From assembly GCA_963617645.1 (NCBI GenBank), contig CAVEPF010000125.1, positions 10,222 to 64,762 on the forward strand: a stretch of DNA of 54,541 bases, read 5' to 3'. The position numbers and the translations under genes are program-made. Positions 1-8,002 of this stretch are shown piece after piece; position 1 is the stretch's first letter, and each line of letters begins with the position of its first letter. Below the pieces are notes generated by a model. That model was not told the origin of the DNA. It ran no database searches and saw only the letters and a program-made list of their open reading frames with translations. The stretch comes from Anaerotignum sp. Lineage in GTDB: Bacteria > Bacillota_I > Bacilli_A > Acholeplasmatales > Anaeroplasmataceae.

Positions 1-312
1 TTATCTAATTCAATTCAAAATGCTATTACCTATTCTCCAAGTGGTTCTGATATTATTATTAATGTTAAAAATATAGGAAATGAATCTATATTTGAAATAA
101 TCAATACAAACGTAAATATCGATGAATCTAAAATGGCACACATTTTTGAACCATTCACTAAAGTTGATGAGTCTCACACAAAGAAAAACTATACCGGAAA
201 TGGTTTAGGCTTATATATTAATAAACAAATACTTACTAAAATGAAATTTGATTTTGGAATGTTAAATGTAGAAAACGGCGTAAAATTTTATTTTATAGGA
301 AAGAAAAAATAA
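1..312 (+). CDS. Sensor histidine kinase, C-terminal HATPase_c fragment (5' end outside the window)
   Basis: The frame is open from base 1 to TAA at 310-312. It translates to LSNSIQNAITYSP (N-box-like), HIFEPFTK and NGLGLYI (G2-box-like), which are typical of the HATPase_c catalytic domain. Confidence 0.8.
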   Translation, partial: LSNSIQNAITYSPSGSDIIINVKNIGNESIFEIINTNVNIDESKMAHIFEPFTKVDESHTKKNYTGNGLGLYINKQILTKMKFDFGMLNVENGVKFYFIGKKK

Positions 313-364
313 GTCATTAGAAAAAGGCTTTCGAACAAACAAAAACCCTAATCTAATGATTTTT

Positions 365-1129
365 TTAAAATAATAAACTAATCAAATTACCTATTAAATT
401 GTTACTAAATAACCATGATGATATTGATGTATAACCTCTATCATTAAACCCTGCAACTGATGCTAAACCTTTTATATCGCACGTTACAAACAAATTAAAT
501 TGTTCAATACCAGCTTTATTAAAAATTAATATTACGACAAACATTAAGACTTGAAGAACTATATATAATATAATTGCTTGAAGTACAACACCTAATACAC
601 CATCAACAATTTTAATAAGAGTAGATGTTCTTAATAATTTAGCAAATAATTTTAAAATCCAGAAAACAAGTTTAGTACCAAGCCATAGGATAATAAATGC
701 TATCACCACTAATGCAACTGTTGTCACTAAACTAGCTATATTATTTGCAATACTATCAGCTAATGTAGATGTATCAATATTTTGTGAATCTATTACAAAT
801 TTTGAAATAAATTCAGGAATTCCTAAATTTTTTAGTGTCGCAATAGCTCCTTCTTTATCAGAAATAGCTTTAATAGATTCATTTGAACTAATATTGTTAT
901 AGAAGTATTCTGCCCAATAATGTCCAAACAAAGGATATAAAACACCATTTGCAAATTTTACACTAAATAATAGTGCAACAATTAAGCCACAAAACTTTCT
1001 TGATATTTCTAACGCCTTAATTAGAAAACCTTTTTTAAACCCTATAAATATCATAATTAATGCAGCTAAAACAATAACAACATCTGTAATACTAAAGAAC
1101 TTAACATAACTATAATTCATTTTAAACAC
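365..1129 (-). CDS. CvpA-family membrane protein
   Basis: 254-aa multi-pass membrane ORF. The N-terminus DVVIVLAALIMIFIGFKKGFLIKALE resembles the CvpA (colicin V production) family signature. Confidence 0.65.
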   Translation of the reverse strand: MFKMNYSYVKFFSITDVVIVLAALIMIFIGFKKGFLIKALEISRKFCGLIVALLFSVKFANGVLYPLFGHYWAEYFYNNISSNESIKAISDKEGAIATLKNLGIPEFISKFVIDSQNIDTSTLADSIANNIASLVTTVALVVIAFIILWLGTKLVFWILKLFAKLLRTSTLIKIVDGVLGVVLQAIILYIVLQVLMFVVILIFNKAGIEQFNLFVTCDIKGLASVAGFNDRGYTSISSWLFSNNLIGNLISLLF

Positions 1130-1210
1130 TTCCTAACATTTTTATCTCTATTTTTATTTTAATTAAATTTATCAAAAAATGAAATATGATTTATATAAAA
1201 AATAAAAAAA

Positions 1211-1290
1211 GCCCTACTCACATCATGAACAAGCTTATGGCTGCTATCTTCCGATCCTGACCAGGTTCACCGCCCACAATTGAGTAAAGC
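1211..1290 (-). ncRNA. ffs: Small (4.5S-type) signal recognition particle RNA
   Basis: The minus strand reads GCUUUACUCA...GGUGAACCUGGUCAGGAUCGGAAGAUAGCAGCC...UGAGUAGGGC. It contains the conserved SRP domain IV motif (CCUGGUCAGG.CGGAAG.AGCAGCC). The 10-nt 5' and 3' ends pair, and a U-run follows (rc of 1204-1210). Confidence 0.85.
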
Positions 1291-1322
1291 TAACAATATA
1301 TTAGCATAAGAACATTTTAAAT

Positions 1323-1778
1323 TCAAGATTTTTTAATTCTTAACTCTTTAAAAAAATTTTGAATTAATTCTTTTGATTTTTCTTCTTCAATGTGACCAAA
1401 GACTTTAATCGGTGGATTTTGAAAATTAATACTTTGTAAACTAATTTTAGATTCACATGCACCCATAGCTTTATCTACAGCACCAAAATAAACAGTTTGT
1501 ATATGAGATTGCATAATAGCACTCATACACATCGCACATGGCTCTAATGTAATATAAATTTCTGCTCCATCAAGTCGCCAATTATTAATCTTTTTACTTG
1601 CTTTCTTAATCGCAAGTATTTCCGCATGACTTGTCGCATCCATATTCTTTTCTTTTTTATTATATGCTTTAGCTAATACCTTAGAATCTTTAACAATAAC
1701 ACATCCTACAGGTACTTCGCCTTTCATGTATGCTTTTTGTGCTTCCTTCAAAGCTAAATCCATGAAATTATTTTTCAT
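1323..1778 (-). CDS. tadA: tRNA-specific adenosine deaminase
   Basis: 151 aa with the CMP/dCMP deaminase zinc motifs HAEILAI and PCAMCMSAI, and a TadA-like size. Confidence 0.9.
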   Translation of the reverse strand: MKNNFMDLALKEAQKAYMKGEVPVGCVIVKDSKVLAKAYNKKEKNMDATSHAEILAIKKASKKINNWRLDGAEIYITLEPCAMCMSAIMQSHIQTVYFGAVDKAMGACESKISLQSINFQNPPIKVFGHIEEEKSKELIQNFFKELRIKKS

Positions 1779-2358
1779 TTCTATGTAAAACTACATGGCA
1801 CTTTCTACATCTTGCTTCATATGATTCTTTTGCACCAACTAATACAACAGGGTCAAAATCATATGCAGGATGATTATCAATAATACGTTGAGTTCTTGTA
1901 GCTTCTTCTCCGCAACATACACAAATTGCAGTTAATTTAGTTACTTTTTCTGCATATGCTAAAAGTGTTGGCATAATTCCAAAAGGATCTCCCTTAAAAT
2001 CAAGATCAAGACCAGCACAAATAACACGTAATCCTCTTTTAGCTAAATCATTGCATACATCAATTACTGATGAATCAAAAAATTGAACTTCATCGATTAC
2101 AACAGATTGAGTTGTAGGACTAATATGATCATAAATTTCTTTTGCATTATCAATATTAACAGCTTTAATTTTTCTTAAATTATGACTTGATATTTCACTA
2201 ACTGAATATCTATCATCAATTCTAGGCTTAAATACTACATATTCTCTTTTAGCGTAATCCATTCTTGTAATACGTCTAATTAATTCTTCAGTTTTTCCAG
2301 CATACATTGGTCCACATATAACTTCAATATAACCAGACTTATTAATACTATATTCCAT
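1768..2358 (-). CDS. tdk: Thymidine kinase
   Basis: 196 aa with P-loop GPMYAGKTEELIRR and a C-terminal zinc ribbon (CxxC...CRKCH). It overlaps tadA by 11 nt. Confidence 0.95.
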   Translation of the reverse strand: MEYSINKSGYIEVICGPMYAGKTEELIRRITRMDYAKREYVVFKPRIDDRYSVSEISSHNLRKIKAVNIDNAKEIYDHISPTTQSVVIDEVQFFDSSVIDVCNDLAKRGLRVICAGLDLDFKGDPFGIMPTLLAYAEKVTKLTAICVCCGEEATRTQRIIDNHPAYDFDPVVLVGAKESYEARCRKCHVVLHRNEK

Positions 2359-2460
2359 AAAACACCTCTAACATTTGTAATTATTATATAATATAATGTT
2401 AATTTTTTTTAGTGTTTTTTAAAAGAAAAAACACTAGCTTAAGCTAGTGTGAATTCTTTA

Positions 2461-2667
2461 CTACTTTTTTAAGTTGTAACGCTTGTTGAACTTGTCAACA
2501 GCACCATCACTTTGAGTGAATGCTTGTTTACCAGTATAGAATGGGTGGCAGTTTGAGCAAGTATCAACACGGATTTCGTCAAGTACTGAACCTGATTCGA
2601 ATTTAGCACCGCAAGTTGTGCAAGTAACTGTTACCTTCTTATAATCTGGATGGATTCCATTTTTCAT
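2461..2667 (-). CDS. rpmE: 50S ribosomal protein L31 (Zn-ribbon type A)
   Basis: 68 aa starting [20 protein letters not shown], with a second cysteine pair CSNCH. GGAG-type RBS upstream. Confidence 0.95.
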   Translation of the reverse strand: MKNGIHPDYKKVTVTCTTCGAKFESGSVLDEIRVDTCSNCHPFYTGKQAFTQSDGAVDKFNKRYNLKK

Positions 2668-2762
2668 AACGTTATATCTCCTTCCGCCATAGCTTTAAAA
2701 GCCATAGAAAGTTTACGTTTGTTATAATATCATAGTTTATTTTATTTTTCAATACAAAAATT

Positions 2763-2790
2763 AAAGAAAAAGATGTGGAAATTCCACATC
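2763..2790 (-). terminator. Intrinsic terminator downstream of glnA
   Basis: Perfect hairpin GAUGUGGAA/UUCCACAUC (2772-2790), followed on the minus strand by a U-run. Confidence 0.75.
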
Positions 2791-2797
2791 AATTTTT

Positions 2798-4153
2798 TTA
2801 GAACATTTTTAAATATTTCTTAATTTCCCATTCAGTAACATGAGTTCTGAAGTCGTCCCATTCAATTTGTTTAGCTTCAACAAGCTTCTTAGTTAAATGA
2901 GCACCGATTGCTTCTTGCATTAAAGCATCCTTCTTAAATTCAACGATAGCTTCTTTTAAGTTTTCAGGTAAACAATCAACACCTAGAGCTTCACGTTCGC
3001 TTTGTGAACAAGCAAATAAGTTTGTATGAATTTCTTCAAAATGCTTAGCTGTGCCAGCAATACCATCTAGACCAGCACGTAATAATACAGATGCTGCTAA
3101 GTATGGATTTGTTGTAGGGTCTACACTTCTAACTTCAGTTCTTGTCTTGTTACCTCTAGCTGAAGGAATACGAATCATTGTTGATCTGTTAGCTTCAGAC
3201 CATGAAATATAACAAGGAGCTTCAAATCCTGGAACAATTCTCTTGTATGAATTTACAGTAGGATTTGTAACTAAGCAGAAACCTTTTGCATGAGTTAAAA
3301 TACCATCAATCCAAGCTTTTGCAGTAGCACTTAAACCATCTTCGCTAGTTGGATCGAAGAAAATATTCTTTCCGTCTTTATCAGTTAATGAGCAATTACA
3401 ATGCATACCACTACCATTAATACCATAAATAGGTTTTGCCATGAATGTTGCATGGTAACCATGACGCTTAGCAACATTTTTAACAATTAACTTAAATGTT
3501 TGTACATTATCACAAGCTTCAAGAGAGTTATCAAATCTGAAATCAATTTCATGTTGACCAATGCTTACCTCATGATGTGCAGCTTCTACCACAAACCCAA
3601 CCTTTTGAAGTTCAAGAACGATATCTCTTCTACAATCTACATCTCCGTCGATAGGCGCAACATCAAAGTAACCACCTTCATCGTTAGGAACTAATGTAGG
3701 TTCGCCTGTTGCCTTATCTACTTTAAATAAGAAGAATTCTGGTTCAACACCAATATTAAATTTAGAGAATCCAGCTTTCTTCATGATTTCAATATTTTTC
3801 TTTAATTGTCCTCTAGGATCACCAGCAAATGGAACTAATTCACCAGTTTTAGTTCTTTGACAAACGTCACAAATAAATCTTGCAACCTTACCATATGTAG
3901 TATCTTCCCAACTACATACTAAGAATGTGTCTAAATCAGGAACCATGTACATATCAGCTTCTTCTGTACGTACAAATCCTTCAATACTTGATCCATCGAA
4001 CATAATTTCGTTGTCCATTGCATCATCTAATCTATCAGCAGGAATTTCAACGTTCTTTAATCCACCGTTCATATCAGTGAATTGCATACGTAAATACTTA
4101 ATGTTTTCCTCCTTGCAGATTTTTCTGATGTCTTCTTTTGTATAACCTTTCAT
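2798..4153 (-). CDS. glnA: Type I glutamine synthetase
   Basis: Strong GS-I similarity throughout (LRMQFTDMNG, FDGSSIEGF, EPEFFLF, HHEVSIGQHEIDF, MHCNCSL, NSYKRIVPGFEAP). I place the start at the ATG at 4151-4153, preceded by GGAGGAGAA. The 29 codons upstream in the ORF track run through the leader terminator and are not credible. Confidence 0.95.
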   Translation of the reverse strand: MKGYTKEDIRKICKEENIKYLRMQFTDMNGGLKNVEIPADRLDDAMDNEIMFDGSSIEGFVRTEEADMYMVPDLDTFLVCSWEDTTYGKVARFICDVCQRTKTGELVPFAGDPRGQLKKNIEIMKKAGFSKFNIGVEPEFFLFKVDKATGEPTLVPNDEGGYFDVAPIDGDVDCRRDIVLELQKVGFVVEAAHHEVSIGQHEIDFRFDNSLEACDNVQTFKLIVKNVAKRHGYHATFMAKPIYGINGSGMHCNCSLTDKDGKNIFFDPTSEDGLSATAKAWIDGILTHAKGFCLVTNPTVNSYKRIVPGFEAPCYISWSEANRSTMIRIPSARGNKTRTEVRSVDPTTNPYLAASVLLRAGLDGIAGTAKHFEEIHTNLFACSQSEREALGVDCLPENLKEAIVEFKKDALMQEAIGAHLTKKLVEAKQIEWDDFRTHVTEWEIKKYLKMF

Positions 4154-4180
4154 TTCTCCTCCAAATGATTCAATACAAAT

Positions 4181-4207
4181 AAAAAAAGGAAACATTGGAG
4201 TTTCCTT
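4181..4207 (-). terminator. Leader terminator (attenuator) between the ANTAR gene and glnA
   Basis: The minus strand has AAGGAAAC-UCCAAU-GUUUCCUU followed by UUUUU, about 30 nt upstream of the glnA RBS. Confidence 0.7.
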
Positions 4208-4226
4208 GTTGCCAAAAACCAAATAA

Positions 4227-4275
4227 TTGCATCTTTGCAAGTTTCATTTATATTAAATCTAGGCGCCTTTGCCTA
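4227..4275 (-). promoter_or_regulatory. Candidate ANTAR-binding dual hexaloop hairpins
   Basis: On the minus strand, hairpin 1 is UAGGC-AAAGGC-GCCUA (4260-4275) and hairpin 2 is UUGC-AAAGAU-GCAA (4227-4240). Both loops are 6 nt with A at position 1 and G at position 4, which is the published ANTAR RNA target signature. They lie just upstream of the leader terminator. Confidence 0.6.
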
Positions 4276-4330
4276 CACTAATATTTTAATATAAAAAAAC
4301 TTAAAATCAATATAATTTCAATTGAAAACG

Positions 4331-4864
4331 CTATTCATTTAAAATTCGCATACAAATGTCTTTTTTGGGCATTCTTTTTTGCATAGAACTTTGAATTATA
4401 TACTTATAAGCTTCCTCTTCAGACATTCCTTTTTCAATTAAAAATAATTTAGCTCTTTTAATTAATCTGTCTTCTTCAATCTTATTTTTTAGTTCTTCAT
4501 TTTTCTTTTTTAAAGATAAAATATTCTTATTATCTTTAATAATTATTTTAACGATCTCATATAAAAAATCCATTCTATTTTTATCTAGATAATAAAAATT
4601 TTCAAGGTTTAAACACTCGTCAATAATAAACTGAGAATCTCTAATCAAAAGAATAGCTATATTTGTAGATATTAATTTTGATAATAAGTTAAATGAAGTT
4701 GTTGAAGATAAAACAAGGATAAGATTTGGTTTGTATCTATTAATTTGACTTGTATAATTATAAATATCAACATAAGTAAAGAAAACTTCATAATTAGAAC
4801 TAAGTACCATCTTTATTTTTCTATCAATTTCTTCATTAGATCCAAATACCAATATCTTATCCAT
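4331..4864 (-). CDS. ANTAR-domain RNA-binding antiterminator with a degenerate receiver-like N-domain
   Basis: The C-terminus RLIKRAKLFLIEKGMSEEEAYKYIIQSSMQKRMPKKDICMRIL matches the ANTAR consensus. The N-terminal approximately 110 aa look like a REC fold, but the acidic pocket and phospho-acceptor positions are replaced (ILVFGSNEE; NLILVLSS). Confidence 0.8.
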   Translation of the reverse strand: MDKILVFGSNEEIDRKIKMVLSSNYEVFFTYVDIYNYTSQINRYKPNLILVLSSTTSFNLLSKLISTNIAILLIRDSQFIIDECLNLENFYYLDKNRMDFLYEIVKIIIKDNKNILSLKKKNEELKNKIEEDRLIKRAKLFLIEKGMSEEEAYKYIIQSSMQKRMPKKDICMRILNE

Positions 4865-4873
4865 ATATCACCA

Positions 4874-5824
4874 TTATTTGTCTTTTTCTTCTTTAATTGT
4901 TTCTACTGCACTAACTATTCCTGTTAAATTTTGTAAGTTCGAAGGAACAACAATTTTAGTAGCTTGTCCATCTGCTAAATTCTTTAGCGCTTCTAAACTT
5001 TTTAATTGAATAACTCTATCATCAGCGCCAGCTTCTTTAATCTTCTTGATTGCTTCAGCTTCAGCATTTGCCTTAGCCTCAATCTTACTAGCCTCAGCTT
5101 CTGCTGCTAAAATAGTAGCTTCTTTTTCAGCTTCTGCTGCTAATATACGAGCTTGTTTTTCACCTTCAGCTTTAGAAATTTTAGATTCCTTTTCACCTTC
5201 AGCACGAGTAATCATCGCTTGTTTCTCACCTTCAGCAAGTAAAATAGCTTGACGCTTTTCACGTTCTGCCTTCATTTGTTTTTCCATTGCTGTTTTAATA
5301 TCAGTAGGCGGATCAATATTTTTAAGTTCAAGACGTACAATTTTAATTCCCCATGCATCAGTAGCTAGGTCAACAGGCTCTTGAATGCGTGAATTAATAT
5401 AGTCTCTACTAGTTAAAGTTTCATCAAGTGTTAAATTACCAATAATTTGACGTAGTGTAGTCATTGTTAACTTATTAATAGCTTCAATCGGTTTACTTAC
5501 ACCATATGCAAACTTTTTAGCATCAGTTACCCTGAAGAACGCAACAGTATCGACTTGAATAGATACATTATCTTTTGTAATAACAGATTGTGGTTCAAAA
5601 TCAGCAACTTGTTCCTTTAAACTTACTTTAGCTACAATTTTATCAAAGAAAGGAACAACAAAATGCATTCCACTTTCAAGAGTCTTTGAATATTTTCCAA
5701 GACGCTCAACAATATATTGTTCACTTTGTTGTACAACTTTAAATGAACAAGACACAATAATAATTATAAATAATGCTATGATGATTACAGCAATTATAAC
5801 ACCAATACCTGCAGATAAAATCAT
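4874..5824 (-). CDS. SPFH/band-7 (stomatin/prohibitin-like) membrane protein
   Basis: N-terminal TM segment, then an SPFH core (YIVERLGKY, ITKDNV, IIGNLTLDETLTSRD) and an Ala/Glu/Lys coiled-coil tail with AEGEK repeats. I place the start at the ATG at 5822-5824, which has a GGAGAG RBS. Confidence 0.9.
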   Translation of the reverse strand: MILSAGIGVIIAVIIIALFIIIIVSCSFKVVQQSEQYIVERLGKYSKTLESGMHFVVPFFDKIVAKVSLKEQVADFEPQSVITKDNVSIQVDTVAFFRVTDAKKFAYGVSKPIEAINKLTMTTLRQIIGNLTLDETLTSRDYINSRIQEPVDLATDAWGIKIVRLELKNIDPPTDIKTAMEKQMKAEREKRQAILLAEGEKQAMITRAEGEKESKISKAEGEKQARILAAEAEKEATILAAEAEASKIEAKANAEAEAIKKIKEAGADDRVIQLKSLEALKNLADGQATKIVVPSNLQNLTGIVSAVETIKEEKDK

Positions 5825-5840
5825 AATTAACTCTCCTTTT

Positions 5841-6272
5841 CTATTCCTTTTCAACAATTAAAGTTATATTTTCTTCTTTAATAACTTTAATTCTTTCACC
5901 TTTTTCAATAAATGTATCACTCTTAGCATTCCAGCTAGTACCGTTTACATTCACTTTACCGCCATCTTTATCAATATCAGTTTCACAAAAACCAACATAT
6001 CCAATCATAGTATTTATACTATCGGCGTCACTTTTTTGATTTAATTTTAATTTTTTATTTAATACCGGTCTTAATATAATAAGTGACAAAATAGAACTTA
6101 TTACAAATACACAAACTTGAGCAATATAGTTTGTAGGCCAAATAGCTGATACAATCATCGTTATAAAAGCGCCAATGATAAACCATATTGAAACAAGTTC
6201 AGTAGTTGAAATTTCAACAACAAGGGCCATTAAAGCAATTACAAACCACAGAATTAATATCGTATATTCCAT
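5841..6272 (-). CDS. NfeD-family membrane protein
   Basis: 143 aa with about 3 TM segments and a C-terminal OB-like tail (GKVNVNGTSWNAKSD...GERIKVIKEEN). It lies immediately upstream of the SPFH gene, which is the classical NfeD-stomatin operon arrangement. Confidence 0.8.
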   Translation of the reverse strand: MEYTILILWFVIALMALVVEISTTELVSIWFIIGAFITMIVSAIWPTNYIAQVCVFVISSILSLIILRPVLNKKLKLNQKSDADSINTMIGYVGFCETDIDKDGGKVNVNGTSWNAKSDTFIEKGERIKVIKEENITLIVEKE

Positions 6273-6380
6273 AAAATCACCTCATGTAATTTTATTATAC
6301 ATTAAAGGTAGTTTAAATTGTGAAAAAATTATAAAATGAAATATTAAAGAAAAAAATCCCGCATCTAGCGAGATTTTTAA

Positions 6381-7109
6381 TTATTCTTCGTCACCTTCAG
6401 CTATATCAGCGTTGTGATAAATAGTTTGTACATCTTCAGATTCACGTAACATCTCAAGCATATGTTCAAACTTTTCTTGTTGTTCAGGAGTTAAAGAAAC
6501 CTTAGCTGTAGGAATCATAGATACTTCGTTTGTATCATAATCAATTTCAGCATTTACGCTAGCAAGTGCATCGCTAATTTCTTGGAAATTACTTGGATCA
6601 CCAGAAACTACAGTGAAACCTTCTTCATCTGTTGTAACATCAGCTTCAACACCAGCAGTTAATAAAGCTTCTAAAGCTTCGTCTTCGCTTAATTCAGTAA
6701 ATCTAAAGTAAGCTTTTCTTTCAAACATAAATCCTGCAGAAGCACCAAAAGTACCACCTGTTTTAGTAAATGCAGCACGAACTGTAGAAACTGTACGATT
6801 TACATTATCAGTTAAACATTCAACGATAACAGCAACATTACCGTTACCCATACCTTCATATGAAGTTTCCTTCATTGCACCACTTGTTAAACCAGCAGCT
6901 TTTTCAATTGCACGCTTAATAACATCAGCAGGGCATTGATCTTTCTTAGCACGAGCAATAGTATTCTTTAAGTTTTGGTTCATTTCTGGATCAGGAACAC
7001 CACTTTTTGCAGCTGTAAAAATTTCCTTTCCCCATTTTGAATACTTTTTAGACTTCATTAAAGCAGTCTTTGCCATTGATGCGGCACGAACCTCATGAGC
7101 TCTTCCCAT
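6381..7109 (-). CDS. YebC/PmpR-family DNA-binding regulator
   Basis: 242 aa. The MGRAHEVRAASMAKT start, KSGVPDPEMNQNL and the overall length are typical of the YebC family. A hairpin with a U-run follows at about 6355-6378. Confidence 0.9.
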   Translation of the reverse strand: MGRAHEVRAASMAKTALMKSKKYSKWGKEIFTAAKSGVPDPEMNQNLKNTIARAKKDQCPADVIKRAIEKAAGLTSGAMKETSYEGMGNGNVAVIVECLTDNVNRTVSTVRAAFTKTGGTFGASAGFMFERKAYFRFTELSEDEALEALLTAGVEADVTTDEEGFTVVSGDPSNFQEISDALASVNAEIDYDTNEVSMIPTAKVSLTPEQQEKFEHMLEMLRESEDVQTIYHNADIAEGDEE

Positions 7110-7226
7110 ATTATAAATTCATCCTTTCATGACTATAAAAATTTATAGTTCAATTTTTTACTTAATAATTATATACCTTTTTTATATTTTATTTCAACTA
7201 CTTTTATATCAGTCGACTATATTTTT

Positions 7227-7694
7227 TTAATATTTTTTAGAATAATATAGATAACTTAGCAAGTAAATCAAAATAATTCCAAAAAATACAGCTAATAATG
7301 TAAAGAAAACCTTAGGATCATAACAACCAGCTATAGCAGCTGAAAATCCAACAATATATAAAGAAACTAATGTAGTAAGTGTATTAGCTTTCTTATCTAT
7401 TAATTGTAATCTTTCATCATGATTTTTAATATAATATTTTTCTGCATAATTTTTGCTAGTCATAATTCTTACATAGCAAGAAAGTTTTAATATACATATA
7501 ACTTCAACAAATACTACAAGTAAAGAGGCTAAAATTCTTGCAATATAAACATCATTATCAAATGTTTTAATGTATTCAGGAATTAAAGCTAATTCAGCAA
7601 TTAATGGTGCTGCGATCGCAATACATATTAAAACAATTCTAAGAACTGTTTGTTTTTTATATTTAGAATAATCAAAATCCATATTATTCACCAT
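7227..7694 (-). CDS. Hypothetical 4-TM membrane protein (partner of the XRE regulator)
   Basis: 155-aa hydrophobic ORF that overlaps the upstream HTH gene by 11 nt. No motif recognised. Confidence 0.5.
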   Translation of the reverse strand: MVNNMDFDYSKYKKQTVLRIVLICIAIAAPLIAELALIPEYIKTFDNDVYIARILASLLVVFVEVICILKLSCYVRIMTSKNYAEKYYIKNHDERLQLIDKKANTLTTLVSLYIVGFSAAIAGCYDPKVFFTLLAVFFGIILIYLLSYLYYSKKY

Positions 7695-7884
7695 CTTTCA
7701 AATAAAATATTTCCTCAACATGTAAGTTGAATATTTCCGCTAGTCTTAAGGCTAATTGCAAGGAAGCTACATATTTTCCGTTTTCAATAGAAATAATAGT
7801 TTGCCTTGTTACACCAAGCTTTTTAGCTAGATCTTCTTGCGTCATATTATTCTTTTTTCTAAGTTCATGAACTCTATTGACCAT
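7684..7884 (-). CDS. XRE-family helix-turn-helix transcriptional regulator (short, about 66 aa)
   Basis: MVNRVHELRKKNNMTQEDLAKKLGVTRQTIISIENGKY is a canonical HTH_3 motif. The ATG at 7882-7884 is preceded by AAGGAGGC. The longer ORF in the track (to 8001) lacks an RBS. Confidence 0.85.
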   Translation of the reverse strand: MVNRVHELRKKNNMTQEDLAKKLGVTRQTIISIENGKYVASLQLALRLAEIFNLHVEEIFYLKDGE

Positions 7885-8002
7885 ATATGCCTCCTTCAAT
7901 AATATTATTTTATCAAAAGGAAAAATTTTTGTAAATCTAAGATTAAAAATATTGAATTCTAGAATTATAAGAGTATAATATTTATTCGTTTGTGAGGCCA
8001 AT

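Noticed and set aside
313-364. Inverted repeat TCATTAGA...TCTAATGA followed by a T-run, between the kinase fragment and cvpA, as a terminator.
   Set aside because: The 8-bp arms are separated by a loop of about 31 nt. That is too loose to call a terminator confidently, although it may act as a weak bidirectional one.
3500-4145. Plus-strand ORFs 3500-3694 and 3927-4145 inside glnA. Similar antisense ORFs lie at 4745-4927, 5046-5252, 8062-8376, 10670-11080, 17411-17614, 17939-18190, 18534-19328, 24438-24626, 38745-39017, 39437-40002, 41369-41581, 45421-45726, 46946-47137, 47923-48120, 48283-48504 and 50747-51055.
   Set aside because: All lie antisense to, or out of frame within, strongly supported genes. 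They have low-complexity translations and no RBS. They are the usual by-product of AT-rich coding sequence.
4154-4240. 29-codon N-terminal extension of glnA in the ORF track (MQRCNYLVFGNKETPMFPFFICIESFGGE).
   Set aside because: The extension runs through the leader terminator hairpin and U-run, has no RBS, and is not GS-like. The internal ATG at 4153 has a GGAGGAGAA SD sequence and gives a canonical GS N-terminus.
5040-5260. Repetitive DNA encoding AEGEK/AEAEK units in the SPFH gene.
   Set aside because: This is the Ala/Glu/Lys coiled-coil tail typical of stomatin/prohibitin-like proteins. It is an imperfect short periodicity at protein level, not a mobile or regulatory repeat.
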